From positions 95,921 to 159,920 of the forward strand of contig VGRF01000001.1 of the NCBI GenBank assembly GCA_016875395.1: 64,000 nucleotides of DNA. The letters run 5' to 3'. Under the pieces are notes generated by a model. It did no database searches, was not told where the DNA came from, and saw nothing but the letters and a program-made list of their open reading frames with translations. Position numbers and translations under genes: made by a program. Positions 46,953 to 59,770 of the stretch are shown here, in pieces. Origin of the DNA: Deltaproteobacteria bacterium. GTDB taxonomy: Bacteria > Myxococcota_A > UBA9160 > UBA6930. Within the stretch, counting starts at the first letter, position 1; each line of letters begins with the position of its first letter.

Positions 46953-48229
46953 AGGCCGAGGTCCTCACGATCGGCGACGAGCTGCTGCGCGGCGAGATCG
47001 TCGACTCGAACAAGTCGTTTCTCTCCGAGAAGCTGCTCGGCATCGAGGTCGAGACGCGCTTTCACGCCTCGGTGAACGACGACCCCGCCGACATGCGCGA
47101 CGCGTTTCTGCGCGCGGCGGATCGCAGCGAGATCGTGCTCGTCTCGGGCGGCCTCGGTCCGACGCGGGACGACCTCACGGTGGAGGTGCTCGCGCAGACG
47201 TTTGGGCGCGCGCTCGTGCAGCACGAGCCTTCGCTGCGCCGCATCGAGGAGTTCTTCGCACGCAACCAGCGCGCGATGTCGCCGAGCAACGCGAAGCAGG
47301 CGCTCGTGCCGGAGGGCTGCGAGGTGCTGCCGAATCCGGTGGGCACCGCGCCGGGCTGCATGCTCGACGTCGGGCGCGCCGTGTTCTTCTGCATGCCCGG
47401 AGTGCCGCGCGAGCTGTATCGCATGATGGAAGAGCAGGTGCTGCCGCGCGTCGCTGCGCGGCTCGGCGGAAGCCGCGGCGTGATGCGCGCGGCGCTGCTG
47501 CGCACCTTCGGGCTCGGCGAGTCGAACCTCGAGGACACGCTCGCCGATGTCGGCCGCGAGGAGGGCGTGATCCTCGGCTTCCGCACCGCGTTTCCCGACA
47601 ACTTCCTGCGCCCCGTCGCGCGCGCGAAGACGGCCCCGGAAGCCGACGCGAAGCTCGCGCGCGCGAGCGCAGCGATCGAGGCGAAGCTCGGCCCGCTCGT
47701 CTACACGCGCGGCGATGAGACGATGGAGTCGGTCGTGGGCCGCATGCTCGCGGAGCGCGGCCTCACGCTCGCGACCGCCGAGAGCTGCACCGGCGGTCTG
47801 ATCGGCGCGCGCCTCACCGCGGTGGCCGGCTCCTCGCGCTACTACCGCGGCGGCGTGGTCGCCTACGCGAACGAGGCGAAGCGCGACTTGTTGGGCGTGT
47901 CCGAGGCGCTGCTGCGCGAGCACGGCGCCGTGTCCGCGCCGGTTGCGCGCGCGATGGCGGAAGGCGCCCGCGCGCGGCTCGGCGCCGACCTCGCACTCGC
48001 CACGACAGGCATCTCGGGCCCCGACGGCGGCACGCCAGAGAAGCCCGTGGGTCTCGTGTGGATCGCGCTCGCGTCGAAGGACGGAACCGAGGCAGAGCAG
48101 ATGATCTTCCCGTTCGACCGCGAGCGGCACCGCGTGATCACGGCGCAAACCGCGCTCGACTGGGTGCGCCGCTCGCTGCTCGGTCTCCCGCGCTTGGTGC
48201 CGCGCTACGTGCGGGGAGCGACGCGATGA
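46949..48229 (+). CDS. cinA: CinA family protein (MoCF-like domain + PncC NMN deamidase domain)
   Basis: VKAEVLTIGDELLRGEIVDSN.., GGLGPTRDD, AESCTGGL. The GTG start overlaps the pgpA stop (GTGA). The 835-aa track ORF is an upstream artefact. Confidence 0.9.
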   Translation: MKAEVLTIGDELLRGEIVDSNKSFLSEKLLGIEVETRFHASVNDDPADMRDAFLRAADRSEIVLVSGGLGPTRDDLTVEVLAQTFGRALVQHEPSLRRIEEFFARNQRAMSPSNAKQALVPEGCEVLPNPVGTAPGCMLDVGRAVFFCMPGVPRELYRMMEEQVLPRVAARLGGSRGVMRAALLRTFGLGESNLEDTLADVGREEGVILGFRTAFPDNFLRPVARAKTAPEADAKLARASAAIEAKLGPLVYTRGDETMESVVGRMLAERGLTLATAESCTGGLIGARLTAVAGSSRYYRGGVVAYANEAKRDLLGVSEALLREHGAVSAPVARAMAEGARARLGADLALATTGISGPDGGTPEKPVGLVWIALASKDGTEAEQMIFPFDRERHRVITAQTALDWVRRSLLGLPRLVPRYVRGATR

Positions 48230-48858
48230 GCGTGCAATGGGAGCGCGAGTCGCTCGGGCCGTCGGCCCGAAAGAACGGCGCTGCCGTGCGCGCGTTCTTC
48301 GCGATCGGGCTCGGGGGGCAGCTCCGCGAGAGCACTGCGGCGCTCGCGCGCGACCTCGCGGCGCGGGTGGGCGGCGAGGGCGTGCGCTGGACTGCGCCGG
48401 ACTCGTATCACCTCACGCTGCGCTTCCTCGGCAACGTGCCGAGCGCCGACGTCGCGCTGCTCGCCGAGCGTGCGCAGGACGCGCTCGCGCCGTGCGCGCC
48501 GTTCGTGCTCACGCTCGGCCCCGCGCTCGCGTTCCCGTCTGCGCGCCAGCCGCGCGTGATCGCGCTCGCGGCGCAACCGGAGGGCCCGCTCGCGGATCTC
48601 GCCGCGCGGCTCGAGAAGGTCGCGGTCGAGCTCGGCCTGGCGCCCGAGGAGCACGCCTTCCGCGCGCACCTCACGATCGGCCGCGTGCGCGCGCGCCGCG
48701 CGCCGAAGCTCGATGCGCCCGCGCCCGCCGGCGCACTCGAAGTGCGCGAGGTCGTGCTGTTCCGCACCGACCTCGCGCGCGAAGGCGCCCAGTACACGCC
48801 GCTCGCGACGCTGCCCCTCGGCGCGTCCGCGGCTCCGCTCTCACCCGGTTCCAACTGA
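48226..48858 (+). CDS. thpR: RNA 2',3'-cyclic phosphodiesterase ThpR/LigT (2H family)
   Basis: Two HxT motifs (YHLTLRFLG and AHLTIGR). The ATG overlaps the cinA stop (ATGA). Confidence 0.85.
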   Translation: MSVQWERESLGPSARKNGAAVRAFFAIGLGGQLRESTAALARDLAARVGGEGVRWTAPDSYHLTLRFLGNVPSADVALLAERAQDALAPCAPFVLTLGPALAFPSARQPRVIALAAQPEGPLADLAARLEKVAVELGLAPEEHAFRAHLTIGRVRARRAPKLDAPAPAGALEVREVVLFRTDLAREGAQYTPLATLPLGASAAPLSPGSN

Positions 48859-48880
48859 GAAAACACCAAGGAGCAACTCA

Positions 48881-49942
<1,062 letters not shown>

Positions 49943-50135
49943 GCCCGCCTGCCATCGGGCCTGCCTGATCTGGGAGACCCCCCGGATCGCAGGCGGGGCT
50001 GGCCAATCCGGCCGGTTCCCGCCTGCTTTGGCTCCCTGCCGCCGCGCCTTTGCCGCCTCAAGGGAACCCCTCGCGCCGCCGAAACGGACGTGACGCCGTG
50101 GCTGGATGCGGACGAAGCGAGAGGGAACCCACGCG

Positions 50136-51317
50136 ATGGCTCTGAACCTCGACGAGATCCTGAAGGTCGCTCTCAAGGGCGGCGCTTCGGACATCCATCT
50201 GAAGTCGGGCCTGCCGCCGATGTTCCGCGTCGATGGCGCCCTGGTTCCGCTGAAGAACGGCGAGCGCCTGCTCCCCGAAGAGACCACCCGCATCGCGACG
50301 TCGATCATGAACGACGTGCAGCGCGCGCGCTTCGAGGAGAAGCGCGAGTGCGATCTCGCGTACGGCATCGCGTGGCTCGGGCGCTTCCGCGTCAACGTGT
50401 TCCAGCAGCGCGGCACCACGGGCTGCGTGTTCCGCGTGATTCCGTTCGGCGTGAAGACGATGGAGCAGCTCCACCTGCAGAAGGTGATCGAGAAGATCGC
50501 GATGGAGCATCGCGGGCTGATTCTCGTCACCGGCACCACGGGCTCGGGAAAGTCGACGACGCTCGCGTCGATGATCGACTACATCAACACCAACCGAACC
50601 TGTCACATCATGACGATCGAGGATCCGATCGAGTTCCTGATCCGCGATCGCCGCTCGATCGTGAACCAGCGCGAGATCGGCGTCGACACGCAGACCTTCT
50701 CGAACGCGCTGCGCGCGGCGCTGCGCCAAGACCCCGACGTGATCCTCGTCGGCGAAATGCGTGATTTCGAGACGATCGAGACGGCGCTCACCGCGGCCGA
50801 GACCGGCCACCTCGTGATGAGCACGCTGCACACGCTCGATGCGACCGAGACGATCAACCGCATCATCTCCGTGTTCCCGCCGTACCAGCAGAAGCAGGTG
50901 CGCATCCAGCTCGCCTCGATCCTCAAGGCCGTGATCTCGCAGCGCCTCGTGCCGCGCGCTGACGGCAAGGGCCGCGTGCCCGCGCTCGAGGTGATGATCG
51001 CCTCCGCGCGCGTGAAGGAGTGCATCTCCGACAAGGACCGCACGAAGGAGATCCACGAGTCGATCGCGAAGGGCTTCACGTCGTACGGCATGCAGACCTT
51101 CGACCAGTCGCTGATGGCGCACGTGAAGAACGGGCTCGTCACCTACGACGAGGCGCTCAAGCACGTCTCCAATCGCGACGACTTCGCGCTGCGCTTCAAG
51201 GGCATCGCCTCGACGTCGGACGGCACCTGGGACGACTTCGAGGGCGAGAAAGAAGAGAAGAAGGAGAGCGGCGGCGGCAAGGGCGGCGCCGGCGACGATT
51301 TCTTGGAGCGCTTCTAG
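50136..51317 (+). CDS. pilT: Type IV pilus retraction ATPase, PilT/PilU family
   Basis: Walker A GTTGSGKST, Asp box TIEDPIEF, Walker B ILVGEMRD, His box GHLVMSTLHT. Acidic/Gly-rich C-terminal tail. ATG 50136 is preferred over 50106. Confidence 0.88.
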   Translation: MALNLDEILKVALKGGASDIHLKSGLPPMFRVDGALVPLKNGERLLPEETTRIATSIMNDVQRARFEEKRECDLAYGIAWLGRFRVNVFQQRGTTGCVFRVIPFGVKTMEQLHLQKVIEKIAMEHRGLILVTGTTGSGKSTTLASMIDYINTNRTCHIMTIEDPIEFLIRDRRSIVNQREIGVDTQTFSNALRAALRQDPDVILVGEMRDFETIETALTAAETGHLVMSTLHTLDATETINRIISVFPPYQQKQVRIQLASILKAVISQRLVPRADGKGRVPALEVMIASARVKECISDKDRTKEIHESIAKGFTSYGMQTFDQSLMAHVKNGLVTYDEALKHVSNRDDFALRFKGIASTSDGTWDDFEGEKEEKKESGGGKGGAGDDFLERF

Positions 51318-51739
51318 GCGGCGGGCATCGCGACCCCGGGAGCGATCAGTTCGACATCCGGGAAGTAGGCGCGTACGCGCTTCGCATCGCGGGTGAGAAG
51401 CGAGAGCCGCGAGATCGCGGCGTGGGCCCCGATGAAGAAGTCCGGCAGCGGCGCGCTGCGTGCGCCCACGCGCCGCCGGTACTTCACGAAAGCCTTGCCG
51501 GCGAGGAACCCGGCGTCCCACGGCAACGGCAAGCGACGAAACTCGCGCTCGGGCAGCACGGCATCGAGCTCCTCGATTCGTGCGAAGCGGATCGAGACCT
51601 CCGCGTAGACGATGGGGTTGATCGCGAGCTCGCCCTCGCTTGCGCAGTGCTCGAGAGCAGCCGCGGACCACGAGAACCAGCGAGGGTCTTCCGTCAGCAC
51701 GTCGAGTAGCACGCTGCTGTCGACGAGCACGACGCTCAT
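51314..51739 (-). CDS. vapC: PIN-domain toxin VapC
   Basis: N-terminus VVLVDSSVLLDVL, 141 aa, 4-nt overlap with the upstream antitoxin gene. Confidence 0.8.
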   Translation of the reverse strand: MSVVLVDSSVLLDVLTEDPRWFSWSAAALEHCASEGELAINPIVYAEVSIRFARIEELDAVLPEREFRRLPLPWDAGFLAGKAFVKYRRRVGARSAPLPDFFIGAHAAISRLSLLTRDAKRVRAYFPDVELIAPGVAMPAA

Positions 51740-51972
51740 CGTGGCCCGCGCGTCAGCGCAAGAATCTCGTCGGTCGTCAGGCGCACGCCGCCTCTACCGC
51801 GGAGGCGCTCGACGAGTGAGCGGCCCCGCGAAGACTTTTTCGCGCGCCGCGCCCGGCGAATGCGAACGGCGTTGCCGCTCAGCTCGAACTCGACCTCGCA
51901 ATTCGGCAGCAGCCCGAGCTTCTCGCGGATTTCGACCGGGATCGTGACTTGGCCTTTCGCCGTAACGCGCAT
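51736..51972 (-). CDS. vapB: AbrB/SpoVT-type antitoxin VapB
   Basis: MRVTAKGQVTIPVEIREKLGL swapped-hairpin DNA-binding motif. 78 aa. Confidence 0.8.
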   Translation of the reverse strand: MRVTAKGQVTIPVEIREKLGLLPNCEVEFELSGNAVRIRRARRAKKSSRGRSLVERLRGRGGVRLTTDEILALTRGPR

Positions 51973-52128
51973 CGCAGCCTCCGAACCGGGTTGGAATTTG
52001 CGAAGTCTTACTCGGCGCCGAGGCGCGTCAACGTGAACGCGCGTCCACGAGCGCCCGGCTCTGCGTGTGGCCCTCGGCCCGGAGTCGTCCTGTTACTCTG
52101 CGCGCCTTCACTCTCCGAAGGGGTTCCC

Positions 52129-54768
52129 GTGTCCGCGCCGCGCTCTGCTCACGACATCCGCGAAAGCTTCCTCGCGTTCTTCGAGTCGAAGGGGCACACC
52201 CGCGTCGCGAGCGCGTCGCTCGTTCCCAGCGACCCGACGCTGCTGTTCACGAACGCGGGCATGGTGCCGTTCAAGCGCGTGTTCACGGGTGAGGAGACGC
52301 GGCCGTACAAGCGCGCGACCACGACGCAGAAGGTCATGCGCGTGTCGGGCAAGCACAACGACCTCGAGGAGGTCGGCCGCAGCGCGCGCCACCACACCTT
52401 CTTCGAGATGCTCGGGAACTTCTCGTTCGGCGACTACTTCAAGCACGAGGCGATCGAGTTCGCGTGGGAGCTGATTACGCAGCACTGGAAGCTCGAGCCG
52501 AAGGACCTCGTGGTCTCGGTGTTTCGCGAGGACGACGAGGCGGCTGCGATCTGGGAGCGCGAGATCGGCGTCCCCGCTTACAAGATCTATCGGCTCGGCG
52601 AGAGCGAGAACTTCTGGCAGATGGGCGACACCGGGCCGTGCGGCCCTTGCACCGAGATCCACATCGATCGGGGCGAGATCGCGGGGGTGCCGAACGACGA
52701 CCCCTCGAGCGCCTCGGGCCGCTTCCTCGAGTTCTGGAACCTCGTGTTCATGCAGTTCAACCGCGACGCGAGCGGCAAGCTCACGCCGCTGCCGAAGCCC
52801 TCGGTGGATACGGGCGCCGGGCTCGAGCGCGTGGCGCAGGTGCTGAACGGCTTCCGTAACAACTACGAGACCGACCTGTTCACGCCGATCCTGGCTCACG
52901 CGCAGTCGCTCTCGGGCGTGAGGCTCGGCCGCGCCGCGGAGAGCGACGTCTCGCTGAAGGTCGTCGCGGATCACGCACGCGCCGTCACGTTCATGATCGG
53001 CGACGGCGTGCTGCCCGCGAACGAGGGCCGCGGCTACGTGCTGCGCCGCATCCTGCGCCGTGCGGCGCGCCACGGCGTCTTGTTGGGGCTCGATCGCCCG
53101 TTCCTGCACGAAGTCTCGAACACCGTGATCGACGAGATGTCGCGCGCGTTCCCGGAGCTCGCCGAGCGCCGCGCCTACATCACGAGCCGCGTGCGCCGCG
53201 AGGAGGAGCGCTTCCTCGCCACGCTGAAGAGCGGCCTCGCGCTGCTGAACGACGAAGTCGCCGCGCTGAAGGCGAAGGGCGGCACGACGCTGCCCGGCGC
53301 CGTCGTGTTCCGGCTCTACGACACGTTTGGCTTCCCCGTCGATCTCACGCAGGACGTGCTGAAGTCGCATGCGATGACCGTCGACGAGGCGGGCTTCGCG
53401 AGCGAGATGGAGACGCAGCGCGCGCGTTCGCGCGAGCACTGGAAGGGCAGCGGCGACACGGGCGTGGCGCAGATCTATGGACGCATCGCCGCGGACGTCG
53501 CGACGGAGTTCACGGGCTACGACACGCTCAGCGGCGAGTCCCGCGTGCGCGCGCTGCTCGTGAACGGCGCGCCGGTCGACGCCGCGAGCGAAGGCGCCGA
53601 GGTGGAGATATCCGTCGACGAGACGCCCTTCTACGCCGAGAGCGGCGGCCAAGTCGGCGACCGCGGCGTGATCGAGAGCGACGCCGCGCGCATCGAGATC
53701 ACCGACACGCAGCGCCCGAGCGGCCAGCTCGTGATGCACCGCGGCCGCGTCGCGCGCGGCACGCTGCGCGCGGGCGACGCGGTGCGCCTCGCGGTCGACG
53801 CCGAAGCGCGCGCGGCCACGGTCCGGAATCACTCGGGCACGCATCTCCTTCACGCGGCGCTGCGCGAAGTCGTGGGTCCGCAGGCGATGCAGAAGGGCTC
53901 GCTCGTCGCGCCCGATCGCCTGCGCTTCGACTTCACGAACGACGCGCCGCTGAGCGAGGTGGAGATCGAGCGCATCGAGGATCTCGTGAATCGCTGGATC
54001 GAGGCGAATGACGGCGGGCGCACACGGCAGATGGCGTACAAGGAGGCCATCGCGGCCGGCGCCATGGCGCTGTTCGAGGAGAAGTACGGCGACGAGGTGC
54101 GCGTCGTGTCTTTCGGCGGCGTCTCGACCGAGCTGTGCGGCGGCACGCATGCGAAGGCGACGGGCGACATCGGGCTGCTGAAGATCATCAGCGAGTCCGG
54201 CATCGCCGCGGGGGTTCGGCGCATCGAGGCGCTGACGGGCCTCGGCGCCCTCGCGCACCTGCGCGCGCAAGAGAAGAAGCTGCGGCGCGTGAGCGAGGCG
54301 CTGAAGGTGCCGGCGGATCAGGTGGGCGATCGCGTCGAGAAGCTGCTCGACGAGCGCAAGGCGGCGGAGAAGCAGATCGCGGAGCTGAAGCGCGCGCAGT
54401 TCTCGGGCGGCGCGCAGAGCGCGGCGCAGACGCGCGAGATCGCCGGCGTGCAGGTGCTCGTGCGCCGCGCGGACGGCCTCGGCGGGAACGATCTGCGCGG
54501 GCTCGTCGACGATCTGCGCGGGCAAGTGAAGAGCGGGATCGTGCTCGTCGCTTCGAGCGAAGAGGGCAAGGTGGCGCTCGCGCTCGGCGTGAGCCCCGAT
54601 CTCAAGGACAAGCTCAAGGCCGGCGACCTCGTGCGCGAGATCAGCGCGGTGGTCGGCGGCAAGGGCGGTGGGCGGCCCGACTTCGCGCAGGGCGGCGGCA
54701 CCGACGCCGCGAAGCTCGATGCCGCGATCGAGCGCCTCTTCGCGCTCGTGGGCGAGGCGCGCGCCTAG
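52129..54768 (+). CDS. alaS: Alanine--tRNA ligase
   Basis: FTNAGM, HHTFFEMLGNFSFGDYFK, FWNLVFMQFN, editing motifs HSGTHLLH and CGGTH, C-terminal DHHA1-like GGKGGGRPDFAQGGG. GTG start at 52129. Confidence 0.95.
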   Translation: MSAPRSAHDIRESFLAFFESKGHTRVASASLVPSDPTLLFTNAGMVPFKRVFTGEETRPYKRATTTQKVMRVSGKHNDLEEVGRSARHHTFFEMLGNFSFGDYFKHEAIEFAWELITQHWKLEPKDLVVSVFREDDEAAAIWEREIGVPAYKIYRLGESENFWQMGDTGPCGPCTEIHIDRGEIAGVPNDDPSSASGRFLEFWNLVFMQFNRDASGKLTPLPKPSVDTGAGLERVAQVLNGFRNNYETDLFTPILAHAQSLSGVRLGRAAESDVSLKVVADHARAVTFMIGDGVLPANEGRGYVLRRILRRAARHGVLLGLDRPFLHEVSNTVIDEMSRAFPELAERRAYITSRVRREEERFLATLKSGLALLNDEVAALKAKGGTTLPGAVVFRLYDTFGFPVDLTQDVLKSHAMTVDEAGFASEMETQRARSREHWKGSGDTGVAQIYGRIAADVATEFTGYDTLSGESRVRALLVNGAPVDAASEGAEVEISVDETPFYAESGGQVGDRGVIESDAARIEITDTQRPSGQLVMHRGRVARGTLRAGDAVRLAVDAEARAATVRNHSGTHLLHAALREVVGPQAMQKGSLVAPDRLRFDFTNDAPLSEVEIERIEDLVNRWIEANDGGRTRQMAYKEAIAAGAMALFEEKYGDEVRVVSFGGVSTELCGGTHAKATGDIGLLKIISESGIAAGVRRIEALTGLGALAHLRAQEKKLRRVSEALKVPADQVGDRVEKLLDERKAAEKQIAELKRAQFSGGAQSAAQTREIAGVQVLVRRADGLGGNDLRGLVDDLRGQVKSGIVLVASSEEGKVALALGVSPDLKDKLKAGDLVREISAVVGGKGGGRPDFAQGGGTDAAKLDAAIERLFALVGEARA

Positions 54769-54960
54769 AACCCGTCTCAGAATTCCGGACCGAGCCCGGC
54801 GCGCGGGTTTGGCCGGCTGGCGAGGCGCGCGAGCGAAGGCGTATCAAAAGATACTTCGAGCGAAGCGCAAGCGGAGCGCGCAGCGAGCCGGAGGCGAGCG
54901 GAGTCGAAAGCGAGAGCAAGCCAGCCGGGCAAAGACGCGCGCCCGGCGAAGGGAGGAATT

Positions 54961-54973
<13 letters not shown>
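54768..54973. repeat. R1 copy B: 206-bp palindromic MITE-like element carrying a roughly 45-bp R2-core insert
   Basis: GAACCCGTCTCAGAATTCC ... GGAATTTTGAGCCGGGTTC. Collinear with copy A apart from the insert GCGGAGCGCGCAGCGAGCCGGAGGCGAGCGGAGTCGAAAGCGAGAGCAA. Confidence 0.85.
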
Positions 54974-56991
<2,018 letters not shown>

Positions 56992-56998
56992 AGCCGCG

Positions 56999-57661
56999 CT
57001 AGACGCTCACCTCGTCGCCCGCGCCCGCACTGAAGTCGTACTCGTATCGGGTGTCGACCTCGTCGTCGGCAGGCGGCTCCGCTTCCTCGAACGGCGCCTC
57101 GTCCTCAGGCGCGAAGTCGTCGCTCGGTGGTGGCGCGGCGACGTCGGGCAGCTCGCCTGCGAGGGAGCGCGCTTCGGCGAGCAGCTCGATCGAGCGGCTG
57201 CCCGCGAGCACATCGTGGTCCGCGCCGACGAAGGCGGTGAAGCCGACCAGTGCGAGGCCGACCAGCAGTGCGCCTTCGGCGCCGCCCAGCGCGCCGCCTA
57301 ACAAACGGTCGAGCAAGCCGAGGCTGGTGGCATGCACGCGCTTACGCACGAAGCCGCCGACCGCGACGACCACGAGCATCGCGCCGAGGCCGACGAGCAA
57401 GCCGCCCGCGATCGATGCTTGTCGCTGCGAGAGCTCGAGCCCGAAGGGCGCGCTGCCCATCAGCCAGGCTGCGGTGGGGTCGGTCCAGAGTCGCACTGCG
57501 ACGAACGCCGCCGCGAGCGCCGCGAGGGAGAAGGCCTCGCGAAGTAGACCGATCCAGAGGCCGCGGAGCATCGCGAGCGTGACGACGCCGAGCGCGACGC
57601 GATCGATCCAACCCAGCTCAGCGAGCCAGCGCACGAACTCGTTCTCGGTGAGAGCTTCCAC
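56999..57661 (-). CDS. cvpA: CvpA-family membrane protein
   Basis: WIDRVALGVVTLAMLRGLWIGLLREAFSL is CvpA-like at the N-terminus. Four predicted TM segments and an acidic C-terminal tail. Confidence 0.7.
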   Translation of the reverse strand: MEALTENEFVRWLAELGWIDRVALGVVTLAMLRGLWIGLLREAFSLAALAAAFVAVRLWTDPTAAWLMGSAPFGLELSQRQASIAGGLLVGLGAMLVVVAVGGFVRKRVHATSLGLLDRLLGGALGGAEGALLVGLALVGFTAFVGADHDVLAGSRSIELLAEARSLAGELPDVAAPPPSDDFAPEDEAPFEEAEPPADDEVDTRYEYDFSAGAGDEVSV

Positions 57662-57789
57662 GGCGCGGCGCAGTCTATCAGTGGAGTTTTCGGCTTCGAC
57701 TCGCAGGAGTCAGTGAGCGGAGCCCCCAGGCCCTGTTGCCTGTGACGTGGGCGGCGAGCGCCGTGTTCACGCGTCATGCTGGGCGCCAC

Positions 57790-59379
57790 ATGTACGACGC
57801 GATTCTGATCGGTGGCGGGCACAACGGGCTCACGGCGGCGGCCTATCTCGCGCGCGCAGGTCTGCGCGTGATCGTGCTGGAACGGCGCGAGATTCTGGGC
57901 GGCACCTGCGTGACGGAGGAGCTCTGGCCGGGCTTCAAGATCTCGCGCGCGGCGTACGTCGCGGGCTTGTTACGGCCCGCCGTGGTCGAGGAGCTCGGCC
58001 TCCTGCGCCGCGGCCTGAAGCTCCTGCCGCGGCGGCCTTCGTCTTGGACGCCCGACGCGAACGGACCGGGCCTGCTGTTCGGCCGCGACGAGGCCGCGAA
58101 CCTCGCGCAGATCCGGCACTACTCGCCGCGCGACGCCGAGCGCATGCCCGCGTACGAGCGCGTGATCGACCGCGCTGCGCGCGTGATCGAGCCGCTGCTC
58201 GACGCGCCGCCCTTCGATCCCGCGCATCCGCGCCTCGCCGATCTCGGGCCGCTGCTGAAGGCGCTGCGCGCAGGGATCGCGCTGCGCAGCGATCTCACCG
58301 AGGCGCTCGCACTGGTGCTCGGCTCCGCCACGAACGGGATCAATCGCTGGTTCGAGAGCGAGCCGCTGCGCTCGACGCTCGCGACCGATGCACTGATCGG
58401 CGCGCACGCGGGGCCGTCGACGCCCGGCACGGGCTACGTGCTGTTCCACCACCTGATGGGCGACACCGGCGGCGCGCGCGGCGTGTGGGCCTACGTCGAA
58501 GGCGGCATGGGCGGACTCAGCGCGGCGCTCGCCGACGCCGCGCGCGAAGCCGGCGCCGAGATCCGCACGAACGCGGAGGTGCGGCGCATCGGGCTGCGGG
58601 GCGGGCGCGCGTGCGCGGTAGAGCTCGCGGACGGCGCCTCGCTCGAAGCGCGCGCGATCGTGTCGTCGATCGACCCGTACCACACGCTCCAGCTGTTAGG
58701 GCGCGAGCACGCACCCGCGGAGTTCGCCAGCACGGTCGACGCGACCGACTTCCGCAGCCCCGTCGTGAAGATCAACCTCGCGCTCGACTCGCTGCCCGTG
58801 TTCCACGCCTGCCCCGACGTGCGCGAGCCGGGGCCGTGGCACCAGGGCACGATCCACCTCGGCGCGGGCACGATGGACGAGCTCGACGCCTCGTTCTCCG
58901 CGGCGGAGCGCGGCGAGCTGCCCGAGAAGCCGATGATCGAGCTCACCGTGCCGAGCGCGGTCGACCCGACGCTCGCGCCGCGCGGCAAGTACGTCGCCTC
59001 GCTGTTCGTGCAGCACGCGCCGCCGCGGGCCACGGCGGAGTTCTGGGAAAAGAACCGCGAGCGCTTCGCCGACCGCGTGCTCGCCTGCATCGACGAGCTC
59101 TCGCCCGGCTTCTCGCGCCGCGTGGTCCACCGAGACGTGCTGACGCCCCTCGACCTCGAGCGGGTGTTCGGCATTCGCGGCGGCAACATCTTCCACGGCG
59201 CGATGACGCTCGACCGGCTAGGGCCGATGCGTCCCGCGCCCGGATGGTCCCGCTACGCGACGCCGCTGCCCGGATTTTTCCTGTGCGGCGCCGCCACGCA
59301 CCCCGGCGGCGGCGTGATGGGCGCATGCGGGCGCAACGCAGCGAAGGTGATCGCGGAGTCGCTGCGCGCGGAACGCTGA
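57790..59379 (+). CDS. FAD-dependent oxidoreductase, phytoene-desaturase (CrtI)-like family
   Basis: MYDAILIGGGHNGLTAAAYLARAGLRVIVLE dinucleotide-binding fold, and C-terminal GGNIFHG..CGAATHPGGGVMG. Confidence 0.8.
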   Translation: MYDAILIGGGHNGLTAAAYLARAGLRVIVLERREILGGTCVTEELWPGFKISRAAYVAGLLRPAVVEELGLLRRGLKLLPRRPSSWTPDANGPGLLFGRDEAANLAQIRHYSPRDAERMPAYERVIDRAARVIEPLLDAPPFDPAHPRLADLGPLLKALRAGIALRSDLTEALALVLGSATNGINRWFESEPLRSTLATDALIGAHAGPSTPGTGYVLFHHLMGDTGGARGVWAYVEGGMGGLSAALADAAREAGAEIRTNAEVRRIGLRGGRACAVELADGASLEARAIVSSIDPYHTLQLLGREHAPAEFASTVDATDFRSPVVKINLALDSLPVFHACPDVREPGPWHQGTIHLGAGTMDELDASFSAAERGELPEKPMIELTVPSAVDPTLAPRGKYVASLFVQHAPPRATAEFWEKNRERFADRVLACIDELSPGFSRRVVHRDVLTPLDLERVFGIRGGNIFHGAMTLDRLGPMRPAPGWSRYATPLPGFFLCGAATHPGGGVMGACGRNAAKVIAESLRAER

Positions 59380-59398
59380 GGCCGGCTGGCGCGGGGCA

Positions 59399-59770
59399 CT
59401 ACGCCGGCTGCGAGAAGCACAGCCGGTACCCGTCGAGATCGCGCACCACGAACTCGACGCGGCCCCATGGCTTCCGCGCAATCGCGTCGACCACGTCGGC
59501 GCCGCGGCTCGCGAGCTCTTCGTGCAGCGCGCGCACGTCGTCCACCTCGACGAAGCCATCGAGATGTTCCCCCGCAGCGCGATGCTCGCGCTCGCCGGCG
59601 AGCCTCGGCGCGCACTTCAGGTGGATCGTCGCGCCGTCGCGCGAGACGCTCGCGTAGAAGCCTTCGTACACGAAGTCGGCGTGGAAGCCGAGGCGCTGCT
59701 CGTAGTGGGCGATCGCGGCGGCGAGGTCGTCGACGAGGAGCTGCGGCGAGATCGCGCGCAGCGTTGCCAT
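59399..59770 (-). CDS. Glyoxalase/bleomycin-resistance (VOC) family protein
   Basis: 123 aa with paired beta-alpha-beta-beta-beta pattern. FVVRDLDGYRLCF C-terminal motif. Confidence 0.7.
   Translation of the reverse strand: MATLRAISPQLLVDDLAAAIAHYEQRLGFHADFVYEGFYASVSRDGATIHLKCAPRLAGEREHRAAGEHLDGFVEVDDVRALHEELASRGADVVDAIARKPWGRVEFVVRDLDGYRLCFSQPA

Noticed and set aside
45722-48229. The 835-aa track ORF taken as an extended CinA.
   Set aside because: The upstream 409 codons are antisense to the HEAT gene and out of frame over pgpA. CinA homology begins at GTG 46949.
49943-50010. Imperfect hairpin GCCCGCCTGC..GCAGGCGGGG after recA as an intrinsic terminator.
   Set aside because: The loop is about 36 nt and there is no U-tract, so it cannot be distinguished from random GC-rich complementarity.
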